The notes beneath the pieces were generated by a model, which was not told the DNA's origin, did no database searches, and saw only the letters and a program-made list of their open reading frames with translations. Below are positions 9,300 through 18,120 of a stretch of DNA of 64,000 nt, one piece after another (the first letter of the stretch is position 1; the number at the start of each line of letters is the position of its first letter). The DNA comes from an uncultured Actinomycetes bacterium (lineage in GTDB: Bacteria > Actinomycetota > Thermoleophilia > Gaiellales > Gaiellaceae). A program made the position numbers and the translations under genes. Where the stretch lies: positions 76,221 to 140,220 of the forward strand of contig CAVYZL010000002.1 of NCBI GenBank assembly GCA_963773055.1. The letters run 5' to 3'.

Positions 9300-10614
9300 G
9301 CGGGGGAGACTAAAGCTGGCCTGGCCGCAGGGCGGGCTGTGGCGTCACGGCGACTTCCTCAAGCTCTGGACCGGCGAGACGATCAGCCAGTTCGGCACGC
9401 AGATATCGCAGCTGGCGATCCCGCTGACGGCGATCCTCGTCCTCGACGCGAGCGCGTTCGAGGTGGCATCGCTCGGCACCGTCTACTTCCTCCCCTTCCT
9501 CCTGTTCACGCTGCCGGCGGGCGTCTGGATCGACCGCCTGCGCCGCCGACCGATCCTGATCGTGTCCGACCTCGGACGGGCCGCCGTGCTCGCGTCGATT
9601 CCGATCGCGTACTTCGCGGACGCGCTCACGCTAGGCCAGCTGTACGTCGCCGCGTTCGTCGCGGGCTCGCTGACCGTGACCTTCGACGTCTCGTATCAGT
9701 CCTACCTCCCGTCGCTCGTCCGCCGCGACCAGCTCGTGTCGGGGAACTCGGCGCTCGAGGTGAGCAGGAACGCTGCGCAGATCGCCGGGCCGGGAGTCGG
9801 GGGCCTGCTGGTGGGCCTGCTGACGGCGCCGTACGCCGTGCTCGTCGATGCAGTCAGCTTCCTCGCCTCCGCGCTCTCTCTCGTCTGGATCCACGCGCGC
9901 GAGCCTGAGCCCGAGCCGGCCGAGCATCCGAGCATGCGCCGTGAGCTCGCGGAGGGCTTCCGCTACCTCATGCATCACCGCTACTGGCGCCCGATCTCGA
10001 TCACGACCGCGTCGTCGAACTTCTTCTGGACGCTCGCGACGTCGATCATCCTCGTCTACGCGGTACGCACCCTCGACATGTCGGCGGCGCTGATCGGCCT
10101 CGTGTTTACGCTCGGAGGCATCGGCGGCCTCGTCGCGGCGTTCACCGCCAAGCCGGTGGCCGCGAGGATCGGCGTCGGGCCGGCGATCGTGCTGTCGGCG
10201 ATCCTCTTCGGGCCGGCGCTCGTGCTCGTCCCGCTCGCGCCCAAGTCCTTCCCCGTGCCGGTGCTCGTGGCGGCGTTCATCATCGCCGGCGCAGGCGCCG
10301 TGCTCTACAACATCACGGCGATCAGCCTCATGCAGACGCTCGTGCCGGAGCGCCTGCTCGGCCGGCTGAACGCGACGAGGCGCTTCATCGTCTGGGGCAC
10401 GATCCCGCTCGGCGGGCTCGCCGGCGGTGCGATCGCCTCGTGGTTCGGGCTGTCGGCGGCGCTCTGGATCGGCTCGATCGGCGCCTGCCTCTGCTTCCTG
10501 CCGGTCGCGCTGTCGCCGATCCGCCACATCCGCGAGATGCCGACCGAGCCCGAGCACGATCCCGGTGCGCCTCCCGTCCTGCCGACGCCCGCGATGGCTG
10601 CTCTCGATGCCTGA
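9298..10614 (+). CDS. MFS transporter (EntS/MFS_3-like)
   Basis: Intact 438-aa ORF with about 12 hydrophobic segments. FLKLWTGETISQFG N-terminus. WIDRLRRRP loop between TM2 and TM3. Confidence 0.85.
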   Translation: MRGRLKLAWPQGGLWRHGDFLKLWTGETISQFGTQISQLAIPLTAILVLDASAFEVASLGTVYFLPFLLFTLPAGVWIDRLRRRPILIVSDLGRAAVLASIPIAYFADALTLGQLYVAAFVAGSLTVTFDVSYQSYLPSLVRRDQLVSGNSALEVSRNAAQIAGPGVGGLLVGLLTAPYAVLVDAVSFLASALSLVWIHAREPEPEPAEHPSMRRELAEGFRYLMHHRYWRPISITTASSNFFWTLATSIILVYAVRTLDMSAALIGLVFTLGGIGGLVAAFTAKPVAARIGVGPAIVLSAILFGPALVLVPLAPKSFPVPVLVAAFIIAGAGAVLYNITAISLMQTLVPERLLGRLNATRRFIVWGTIPLGGLAGGAIASWFGLSAALWIGSIGACLCFLPVALSPIRHIREMPTEPEHDPGAPPVLPTPAMAALDA

Positions 10615-11441
10615 GCTGCCGGAGATGGAGGCCTGGCGCCGCCAGCTCGACGATCCAGTGCGGGCGTTCCCCGTCGACCGTACCGGGCCAGCGCACGTCG
10701 CAACGCTCAAGACCTTCGACCCGCCGCTCTCCGAGCTCGAGGGCCGGCGGTTTAGCCGGCGCCGAGCGCCGGGGCAAGCGGCTGCTGTTCCCGACCGAGG
10801 AGGGCGATCTGACGCTCGTCGTCCACCTGATGTCTGCCGGACGTCTCCGCTACCTCCGGCCCGGTGAGAAGCGGCCGAAGACGCCGGCCTTCTCGCTCCG
10901 GTTCACGGACGGCGCCGAGCTCGTGCTCACGGAGGCGGGGAAGAAGAAGCGGGCCGGCGTCTGGCTGTTCAGGCCGGAGGCGCTCGAGGAGGAGCTCGCG
11001 CATCTCGGCCCCGAGGCCCTCGGGCTCGGCGAGGAGCAGCTCGCGGAGATCCTGCGTTCGTCGTCGCACCGCCTCCACCCTCTGCTCCGTGACCAGCGCG
11101 CGATCGCGGGCATCGGCCGCGCATGGGCGAACGAGATCCTCCGCACCGCCCACCTCTCCCCCTACGCGCTCTCGACGCAGCTGACCAACGAGGAGATCGC
11201 GCGGTTATCAGGTGCGATCGACTCCGAGCTCGCGCGGGGCCTCGCACTCCGGCTCGAAGGCAAGGACAACGAGCACACGTACCGCGTCCACAACCGCCTC
11301 GGCGAGCCGTGCCCCGAGTGCGCGACCCCGCTCGCGCAGGTGGACTTCGAGGAGCACACGATCTACTACTGCCCGAACTGCCAGACCGGCGGCCGCGTGC
11401 TCAAGGACCGCCGCTTCTCCCGCCTGCTAAGTAGTCGCTAG
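10607..11441 (+). CDS. Formamidopyrimidine-DNA glycosylase / endonuclease VIII (Fpg/Nei family), one +1 frameshift near 10750
   Basis: MPELPEMEAW N-terminus in frame 2. It continues in frame 0 as AERRGKRLLF ... GIGRAWANEILRTAHLSP ... CPECATPL..YYCPNCQ zinc finger. Confidence 0.8.
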
Positions 11442-11808
11442 CGGAGCACGAGCGTGTCGTCGTGCGTGAAGACGAAGGTGCCGTGGTACCCGAGCAACAC
11501 GCCGCCGGAGCCTGACCACGTCCCCGTCGTCTCCACACAGAGCGGCGGGCCGACCTGGGTGCTCTTCTTGAAGACGTCGATCCGACGCGTGATCGTGAGA
11601 TGCGCCCGCGCCTCCCGACCCGCGAGCGCGAACCACGCGTCGCCCGGCTTCGTCCGCGAGTCGACCACGTAGCGACCGACGTAGCGCCGGCCAGCGCAGA
11701 TCGCAGCCTTGCCGGTGCTGAAACGCCCCACACGCCTGACGACCGAAGACGCCACGTCCCTACCGGCCAGGTCCGAGGGACAGGCCCCAGGACGAGGCCA
11801 AACGGCAC
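11438..11808 (-). CDS. Lipocalin-like domain protein (tentative), frameshifted near 11735
   Basis: High GC3 reading frame ending YVGRYVVD ... GTFVFTHDDTLVLR. An N-terminal VGTWRL motif lies in a neighbouring frame. Start (GTG 11808) is uncertain. Confidence 0.35.
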
Positions 11809-11967
11809 AGTGGCGACGAAGTGGAGCGTGCTCGCAGCACGGTTTGCGCCATCGCGCTCGGCGAGAACAGCCAGGTCCAGGGGACTGTCCCTGGGACACG
11901 GCTCGGAGCACGACGAGATTGAGAGGGCGTTGGCTTGGGGCTGCTCCGCTAGCGTGTTCACGTGAGC

Positions 11968-12941
11968 ATGAGCGACGAGACGAAGGTCGCTCGGCGACCT
12001 CCAGGCGTCCGACGCCGGACGTCCGCATCGGCCTTTCCCGGGCCGGCGTGACGGGTGTGTCGAAGGCCGTGCACATCTCGAGCCCCGCGGGAAACACCGT
12101 GATGGCCGCGACGATCGACTGCACCGTCGACCTCGCCGCCGATCAGAAGGGCGTCCACATGTCGCGCTTCCCCGAGCTCTTCGACGAGGCCATCGACGCC
12201 GTCGTCCACGACGAGGCTCTCCTGATCGAGCAGCTCGCGGAGCACATCGCCTCACGCATCGTCGAGCGGCAGAAGGCGCTACGGGCGGAGGTGACGATCC
12301 GAGCGCTCTGGCCGATCCGCCGCCAGACGCCTGTCACGAAGCTCTCGACGCAGGAGATGGTGACGCTGATCGGCATCGCGGCCGCCTCGCCGGACCGCGC
12401 ACGCCGCGTCGTCGGTGTCGAGGCGACGGGCATCAACGCCTGCCCCTGCGCTCAGGGCCTCGTCCGCGACTCGGCGACCGAGCGGCTGCTGGAGGCGGGG
12501 TTCGAGACGGGAGACGTCGAGCGGATCCTCGAGCTCGTCCCGCTCGCGACGCACAACCAGCGCGGCCAGGGGACGCTGCTCGTGGGCACCGAGCAGCCCG
12601 TCGATGCCGTCGATCTCGTCGGCATCGTCGAGCGCTCAATGAGCGCGCCCGTTTACGAGCTCCTCAAACGGCCCGACGAGCTGTTCGTCGTCGAGCACGC
12701 GCATCTGCAGCCGCGTTTCGTCGAGGACTCCGTACGCGTTGCGCTGAAGGGCACGCTCGACGCCTATCCCGGGCTCCGCGACACCGACTTTGTCTTCTCT
12801 CGGCAGGTGAACTTCGAGACGATCCACACGCACGACGTCGTCGCCGAGCGCGCGAGCACGGTCGGCGAGCTGCGCCACGAGCTCGAGACCGGCGGACAGT
12901 CGGCAGGGCAGACGGAGCTCGCCGACTGGCTGCGATCTTGA
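11968..12941 (+). CDS. folE2: GTP cyclohydrolase I type 2 (FolE2/MptA family), two +1 frameshifts in the first 60 nt
   Basis: MSDETKVAR, DLQASDA and PDVRIGLSRAGVTGVSKAVHI lie in frames 1, 2 and 0. Then the long ORF carries QKGVHMSRF, GINACPCAQ and ATHNQRG. Confidence 0.8.
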
Positions 12942-12951
12942 GCACGAGGAC

Positions 12952-13236
12952 TTGAGCACCGGGACGCTCGAGCGAACCACGCGAGGCGGGGACACCGGCC
13001 TCGGCTCGCCGTGGCGGGTGATCGTGCTCAACGACAGCCACAACACGTTCGAAGGAGTGGCGGCCGCGCTCGCACGCGTCGTGCCGGGCGTTTCCTACGA
13101 CCAGGGCATGGCTCTCGCGAACCGCATCCACTCGACCGGGCGCGCGATCGTCTGGTCAGGCCATCGGGAGGCGGCCGAGCTGTACTGGACGGAGCTCAGG
13201 GACTCCGGCCTGACGATGGCGCCGCTCGAGCAGTAA
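12952..13236 (+). CDS. clpS: ATP-dependent Clp protease adaptor ClpS
   Basis: 94-aa ORF with WRVIVLNDSHNTFEGVAAAL ... GRAIVWSGHREAAE. Confidence 0.9.
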   Translation: MSTGTLERTTRGGDTGLGSPWRVIVLNDSHNTFEGVAAALARVVPGVSYDQGMALANRIHSTGRAIVWSGHREAAELYWTELRDSGLTMAPLEQ

Positions 13237-13840
13237 CGCGGCGCAGCACCTCGCGCCACGGGCGCGCGCGACTCTCGGTACCCGCAACCAGACGACGAAT
13301 GTTCTGGCGGTGGAGAACGACGACCACAGCCGCGGCGGCGGCGCCGAACGCGATCACGGGCCATGGCTCGCCGAACGCCCATGCGAGGAGCGGTAGGGAG
13401 CAGGCGCCGGCGATGGACGCGATCGATGCGTACCGCGTGACGAGGAACGTGACGATCCAGACCGCCGCGCCGAGGAGCCCGACGATCGGCGCCAGGCCGA
13501 GGAACGCGCCGCCCGCCGTCGCAACCGTCTTGCCGCCTTTCGCGAATCCGAGAAAGAGCGGCCGCGCATGGCCGAGCATCGCCGCGCCGCCGGCGAGCAC
13601 GCCTGCGAGCGGGCCAGCGACCTCCGTGGCGACGAGCGCGGGTACGAAGCCTTTCGCGGTGTCGAACAGCATCACCGGCACGCCGTAACGCCACCCGAAC
13701 GCCCGCCAGACGTTCGAGGCGCCGATGTTGCCGCTGCCGACGCTCCGGATGTCGACGCCCTTCGCCGCCCGTACGAGCCAGTACCCGAACGGGATGCTCC
13801 CGATCAGGTAGCCCCCGGCGACGAGGATCGCCGTTGTCAT
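13196..13840 (-). CDS. plsY: Glycerol-3-phosphate acyltransferase PlsY
   Basis: [21 protein letters not shown] and FDTAKG motifs. Multi-pass membrane protein. Confidence 0.9.
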   Translation of the reverse strand: MTTAILVAGGYLIGSIPFGYWLVRAAKGVDIRSVGSGNIGASNVWRAFGWRYGVPVMLFDTAKGFVPALVATEVAGPLAGVLAGGAAMLGHARPLFLGFAKGGKTVATAGGAFLGLAPIVGLLGAAVWIVTFLVTRYASIASIAGACSLPLLAWAFGEPWPVIAFGAAAAAVVVVLHRQNIRRLVAGTESRARPWREVLRRVTARAAPSSGRSP

Positions 13841-13852
13841 CCGCTCACTCTT

Positions 13853-14473
13853 CTACGGGCGGATGCCGTAGCTCTCGATCCAGCCGTTGACGACGTTCCA
13901 GTCGAGATTCGCAAGGAACGCGTCGATGTAGGAGGCCCGGTCGGTCTGGAAGTCGAGGAAGTACGCGTGCTCGTAGACGTCGAGCGCGACGAGCGGGGTC
14001 GCGTTCCAGATCGGGAACGTGTTCTGGGCGTCACCGACGTAGTTGAACAGGCGCTTCTCGTCCCAGTCGTACGCCGTCCAGGCCCAGCCGCGGCCCGCCA
14101 TGCCCGTCGCCTTCAGGTCGTTCCGCCAGGCGTCGATCGATCCGAAGTCGCGGCGAACGAGCGTGCCGATCGGCCCCTCGGGATCGCCGCCGTCGCCGCC
14201 GAGGTGCTCGAAGTAGATCTCGTGGTTCTTGATCCCCCCGATCGCGAACGAGAGATCGACCTTGAGCGCGCGGATGTCCGAATAGACCTGGTTCGCGGCG
14301 CCTACGTCGGCCTCGCCGAGCTTGCCCAGGATCTCGTTTCGCTTCGCGACGTATCCCTGATACAGCTTGTAGTGCGCCTCGATCGTCTGCCGCGAGATGC
14401 CCTCGAGCTCGAGCAAGGCCGGGTTGAGCTGCCGGGCTCCGATCTCCTGCGCGTTGAACGCCAGCGTCGCCAT
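13853..14473 (-). CDS. Fe/Mn superoxide dismutase
   Basis: C-terminal 206 aa of ORF 13853..15313, from MATLAFNAQ. Motifs HYKLYQGYV, NHEIYFEHL, GWAWTAYD and DVYEHAYFLDF. Metal specificity is not resolvable by eye. Confidence 0.9.
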   Translation of the reverse strand: MATLAFNAQEIGARQLNPALLELEGISRQTIEAHYKLYQGYVAKRNEILGKLGEADVGAANQVYSDIRALKVDLSFAIGGIKNHEIYFEHLGGDGGDPEGPIGTLVRRDFGSIDAWRNDLKATGMAGRGWAWTAYDWDEKRLFNYVGDAQNTFPIWNATPLVALDVYEHAYFLDFQTDRASYIDAFLANLDWNVVNGWIESYGIRP

Positions 14474-14530
14474 GCGTGTCCTTTCCGTGTCGCCGTCTCG
14501 TCGCGATGAGGATATCGCGGGGCACTCCGC

Positions 14531-14557
14531 GAAACCGGCGAGGCGTTTTTTGCGTAT
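14531..14557 (+). promoter_or_regulatory. Candidate ECF-type promoter (GAAAC-N17-CGTAT) upstream of the ECF sigma gene
   Basis: gcGAAACcggcgaggcgttttttgCGTATgg lies 10 nt upstream of the first ATG (14567). It resembles GGAAC-N16-17-CGT ECF autoregulated promoters. Pattern match only. Confidence 0.2.
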
Positions 14558-14566
14558 GGACACGGA

Positions 14567-15175
14567 ATGGAGCACGCGCTCTCGATGCCTGTCACCTTGC
14601 CCTCGCAGCCGCGAGCCGGAACGATGGTGCCCGTGAGCGCCGCACCCACGGACGCCGACCTGCTCGCACGCATCGGAACGGGCGACGAGAACGCCTTCGA
14701 GATCCTCTACCGGCGCTACGCGCGGCCCGTGCTCGGGCTCGCCATGCGACGCCTCGGCGACCGAGGCCGGGCGGAGGACGCGCTCCAGGATGCGTTCGTG
14801 TCCGTCTGGCGCTCCGCGTCGACGTTCAAACCGGAGCGCGGCCAGGCCTCGGCCTGGCTCTACGCCGTCGCCCGCAACGCGATCTCCGACCGAGGTCGGA
14901 AGCGCGAAGAGCCGGCTGCGGAGGCGCCCGACACGCCCGCAGGCGATCCCGGCCCGGACGAGAGCGCGGAGAGTGCCTGGCTCCGCTGGCGCGTCCACCG
15001 CGCGCTCGAAGAGCTGCCCGAGCGTGAGCGCGAGCTGATCGAGCTCGCGTACTGGAGCGAGCTCTCCCAGAGCGAGATCGCCGAGCGCCTGGACATCCCG
15101 CTCGGTACCGTGAAGACGCGCACGCGATCGGCGCTCGCTCGCCTGGCGGACGCACTCGACGAGGAGCTTCGATGA
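14567..15175 (+). CDS. ECF (group 4) RNA polymerase sigma factor
   Basis: Region 2 (FEILYRRYARPV, DALQDAFVSVW). Region 4 (ELPERERELIELAYWSELSQSEIAERLDIPLGTVKTR). The start may be an internal ATG. Confidence 0.85.
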   Translation: MEHALSMPVTLPSQPRAGTMVPVSAAPTDADLLARIGTGDENAFEILYRRYARPVLGLAMRRLGDRGRAEDALQDAFVSVWRSASTFKPERGQASAWLYAVARNAISDRGRKREEPAAEAPDTPAGDPGPDESAESAWLRWRVHRALEELPERERELIELAYWSELSQSEIAERLDIPLGTVKTRTRSALARLADALDEELR

Positions 15176-15786
15176 CTGGCCCGCCCGACCTCCACGATCT
15201 GATCGACGCTGACGGCTCGCCCGAGGAGCGCGCCCGCCTCGAGCGGATGCACGAGCTGCTCGTCGCGGCTGGCCCGCCGCCCGAGGGCGACCTGCCGGAG
15301 CCGGTCCGCGCACCAGCCGTCGTCGTCCCGCTCCAGCGGCGCCGTCTGCGCGTCGTCGGGCTCACAGCGGTGGCCGCCGCCGTTCTCCTCGCTCTCGGCG
15401 GCGGCTACCTCCTCGGCGCACGCGGTGGCGGGTTCGGCTCGACGGCGAGGGTCGCTATGCACGGTGTCGCGCCGACGAGCGGCGCCACGGCGGACCTCGA
15501 CATCGGCCGCGAGGACGCGAGCGGGAACGTGCCGATCGAGATGCACGTCCGCGGCCTTCCGAGCCTCCCTGCCAACGGCTGGTACGAGCTCTACCTTTCG
15601 AAGAACGGGAAGCTCGGCGCCTCCTGCGGGACATTCACGACGAAGGGCGACGAGACGACTGTGCGGTTGAGCGTCGGCTACGCGCTCGCCGACTGGCACG
15701 ACACGGGCCGCTACGACGGCTGGGTAGTCACCGCCCACGTGCCCGGCAAGCCCGCGTCCGGCAAGCAGATCCTGCTGACGACGTAG
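15172..15786 (+). CDS. Anti-sigma factor (RskA-like, single TM)
   Basis: 4-nt overlap with the sigma gene. TM segment VVGLTAVAAAVLLALGGGYLLG. Extracytoplasmic domain with WYELYLSKNGK ... WVVTAH. Confidence 0.7.
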   Translation: MTGPPDLHDLIDADGSPEERARLERMHELLVAAGPPPEGDLPEPVRAPAVVVPLQRRRLRVVGLTAVAAAVLLALGGGYLLGARGGGFGSTARVAMHGVAPTSGATADLDIGREDASGNVPIEMHVRGLPSLPANGWYELYLSKNGKLGASCGTFTTKGDETTVRLSVGYALADWHDTGRYDGWVVTAHVPGKPASGKQILLTT

Positions 15787-16494
15787 CTACGGCGCCGTGC
15801 GATCGTTCGCCACGAAGGCGGCGTGCGTCACCGGCATCTTCTCCGCGAGGAACGTCTCGACCGCCTCGGCGTAGCGCCGGATCTCGCGCTGAGCCGTTTC
15901 CGCCGCCCGTAGAGAGACGAAGTTCATGAGGGCGCGTGCGTTGACCGTCCAGTAGAACTCGGTGTAGGCGCCGACGGGCATCACCGAACGGGCGAGCTCA
16001 CGCGCGACGCCCGCCTCGACGAGCCGCTCGTACGTCGCGAACGCCTGCTCATAGACAGCCTCGAACTCTCGCGCGTCTCCTCCGCGAGCTCGGCGTCGAC
16101 GGGCTCGAACGAGTAGGCGCCCGGCTTGCCGACCTGCGACCGAACGTCGTCCGCGTTCCGGGACGTAGAAGTCGTCGGTCGCCTTCGCATACCGCATCGA
16201 GAACTCGTTGAACGAGCCGATCCGATGGCGCATCCACTCGCGGACGACGAAGATCGGCGCACGGATGTGGAAGCGGAACGCGTTGTGCTCGAACGGCGTC
16301 CCGTGCCGGTCGCGCATGAGGAAACGGATCAGCCCCTCGTCGGACTCGTCCATCTCCTCCTTCCGCCGCCCGAAGCAGACTCGGGCGGAGTTGACGACCG
16401 AAAGATCGCTCGCCATCGCGTCGTCGAGCCGGACGAAGCCATGGTCGAGCACGGCGATCGCTCCTTCGGGGATCACGCGCTCGGCCATGGCCAC
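15787..16494 (-). CDS. thyX: FAD-dependent thymidylate synthase ThyX, with a compensating pair of frameshifts (about 16165 and 16075)
   Basis: RHGTPFEH and the ThyX motif REWMRHRIGSFNEFSMRY. The middle 30 aa read sensibly only in the alternative frame (DVRSQVGKPGAYSFEPVDAELAEETRE). Confidence 0.85.
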   Translation of the reverse strand: MAMAERVIPEGAIAVLDHGFVRLDDAMASDLSVVNSARVCFGRRKEEMDESDEGLIRFLMRDRHGTPFEHNAFRFHIRAPIFVVREWMRHRIGSFNEFSMRYAKATDDFYVPERGRRSVAGRQAGRLLVRARRRRARGGDAREFEAVYEQAFATYERLVEAGVARELARSVMPVGAYTEFYWTVNARALMNFVSLRAAETAQREIRRYAEAVETFLAEKMPVTHAAFVANDRTAP

Positions 16495-16540
16495 GCGACC
16501 GACTCTAGCCAGGCGGTCCGCTGGACCGCAGCCGATCGGG

Positions 16541-16837
16541 CTAGAACGTGACTTCCTCGATCACCTCGTACAGCCCGTCCGACTCGACGGAGTCGATGTG
16601 CGGCTCCATCTTCGCGAGGCGCGCCTTCTCCTCGTCCGCGGAAGGCCGGTACTTCTCGAGCTCCGCCATGTCGCCCTCGATCATCCCGAAGGCGACGATC
16701 TCGTTCGGGTCGCTCATGCTGCGCGCGATGTACGCCTTCACGCCGGGCGGCCCGTCGCTCGCCCCCCAGGCCTCACGCCACTCGTCGTACGCGCCAGGCT
16801 TCAGCTTGCGCACGGTCAACGCCACGAGCTTTGGCAT
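16541..16837 (-). CDS. Hypothetical small protein (98 aa)
   Basis: Intact ORF with high GC3 and balanced composition (MPKLVALTVRKLKPGAYDEWREAW...). No family recognised. Confidence 0.6.
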   Translation of the reverse strand: MPKLVALTVRKLKPGAYDEWREAWGASDGPPGVKAYIARSMSDPNEIVAFGMIEGDMAELEKYRPSADEEKARLAKMEPHIDSVESDGLYEVIEEVTF

Positions 16838-16906
16838 CGTCGGCTCCTTTCTTCGTGGAGCCTCGGACGCTATCTATTTCGCGTGAAGGTCGATGCTGCC
16901 GGACAC

Positions 16907-18112
16907 CTACCCGCGAGCAGGGAAGAGCCGTTTCTCCGTTCCAAGGTGTGACGGCCACTCGATCTTGCTCGCGCCTGCGAAGCGCAGGTACGCGCCAAGC
17001 GCATCGCGCATTGCTTCGACGAACCCGTCGACGCGGCGCGGCTCGAAGCCCTCCTCCCACCAGAGATCGAGAACCTGCACGCGCTCGTCGTCGCGGTCGA
17101 TCCGGGGCTCGATCCGGCCGACGAACCGATCGCCGAAGACGATGGGCAGCACGTAGTAGCCCCAACGGCGCTTGTCCGGCTTGAAAAAGCCCTCCCATAC
17201 GTAGTCGAAGTCGAACAGGCTCGCGAGGAGGGCGGTGTCCCACAGCAACGAGTCGAACGGGGCGATGAACGCGACGGAGGGCGTCGGCTCGGGCGGCGCC
17301 TGCAGCAGCGGGAGCTCCTCGGCGAGCACGAAGCGCTTGCCGCGCACGCCCTCGATGTCGACGGGCACGAGCGCGCCGAGCTCGACCAGCTCCTTGCGGA
17401 GCTCGTTGCGCTCCGCCGGCGGGGCGATGCGGTCGAACGTGCCGCCGGCGCCGCCGGCGGCGAGCAGGCCGTGGGCGCGGTAACGGGACAGCATCTTGTG
17501 CCCGAGCTGCTCTCGCTCCGGCACCTCATGCGCGAGCACGTCGGCCGGGAGCAGCCGCTCGAGGAGGTCGTAATACCGGAGGTTGCCCTCGCGCCGTGCG
17601 AGGCCGACCACGCCGGTGACGGTGTACGCCTCGAGCACCGCGCGGACGGCGTTCTCCGGCGTCCCGAACCAGTCTTTCGTGGGACCGGTCTCGCGCTCGA
17701 AGTCGCGTGATGACAACGGTCCGTCCGCGCGAATCCGTTCGAGCACTCGCTCGGCCACCGCGGCGTTGTCCGCGAGCGCCGCGTCATGGAATCGGGGCCC
17801 CTTGCGGCCCCAGACGTGACGGAACCAGGGGAACTCGCTCGTCGGGACGAACGACAGCGCTTTGTTGGTCGCCTCGAATATCTCGCGGCGTTCGTAGAGC
17901 TCGTCGCACCAGGCCGGGTCGTAGTCGGCGACGCGCGCGTGGAGCACGAGATCGTGGTTGCGGCCGGCGACCGCGATCGGGTCGAACTGGATCGACCCAA
18001 ACCTCCGGAAGACCTCGAGCGCCGCGTCCGGGCCACCCTCGAGGGATCGCGCCGGCGCGAGGAGCTGCCGTGTGACGAGAAAGCGCCGAGCAGCCTCGGC
18101 CGTTACCTCCAC
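16907..18112 (-). CDS. Winged-helix DNA-binding protein, YcaQ/AlkZ-like DNA glycosylase family
   Basis: Intact 401-aa ORF. FGSIQFDPI, NHDLVLHARV and RRWGYYVLPIVFGDRFVGRIEP hallmarks. Confidence 0.8.
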   Translation of the reverse strand: MEVTAEAARRFLVTRQLLAPARSLEGGPDAALEVFRRFGSIQFDPIAVAGRNHDLVLHARVADYDPAWCDELYERREIFEATNKALSFVPTSEFPWFRHVWGRKGPRFHDAALADNAAVAERVLERIRADGPLSSRDFERETGPTKDWFGTPENAVRAVLEAYTVTGVVGLARREGNLRYYDLLERLLPADVLAHEVPEREQLGHKMLSRYRAHGLLAAGGAGGTFDRIAPPAERNELRKELVELGALVPVDIEGVRGKRFVLAEELPLLQAPPEPTPSVAFIAPFDSLLWDTALLASLFDFDYVWEGFFKPDKRRWGYYVLPIVFGDRFVGRIEPRIDRDDERVQVLDLWWEEGFEPRRVDGFVEAMRDALGAYLRFAGASKIEWPSHLGTEKRLFPARG

Positions 18113-18120
18113 GGACGTAG

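Noticed and set aside
11809-11967. A possible riboswitch (ZTP, THF or preQ1 type) upstream of folE2
   Set aside because: I could not find the hallmark conserved segments (for example the ZTP CCGCCTGGGCA-type 3' element). Only the dyad repeats reported as a finding are present.
14474-15313. An N-terminal 280-aa extension of the SOD ORF (13853..15313)
   Set aside because: It is Arg-rich antisense of the ECF sigma gene. The SOD domain begins at ATG 14473.
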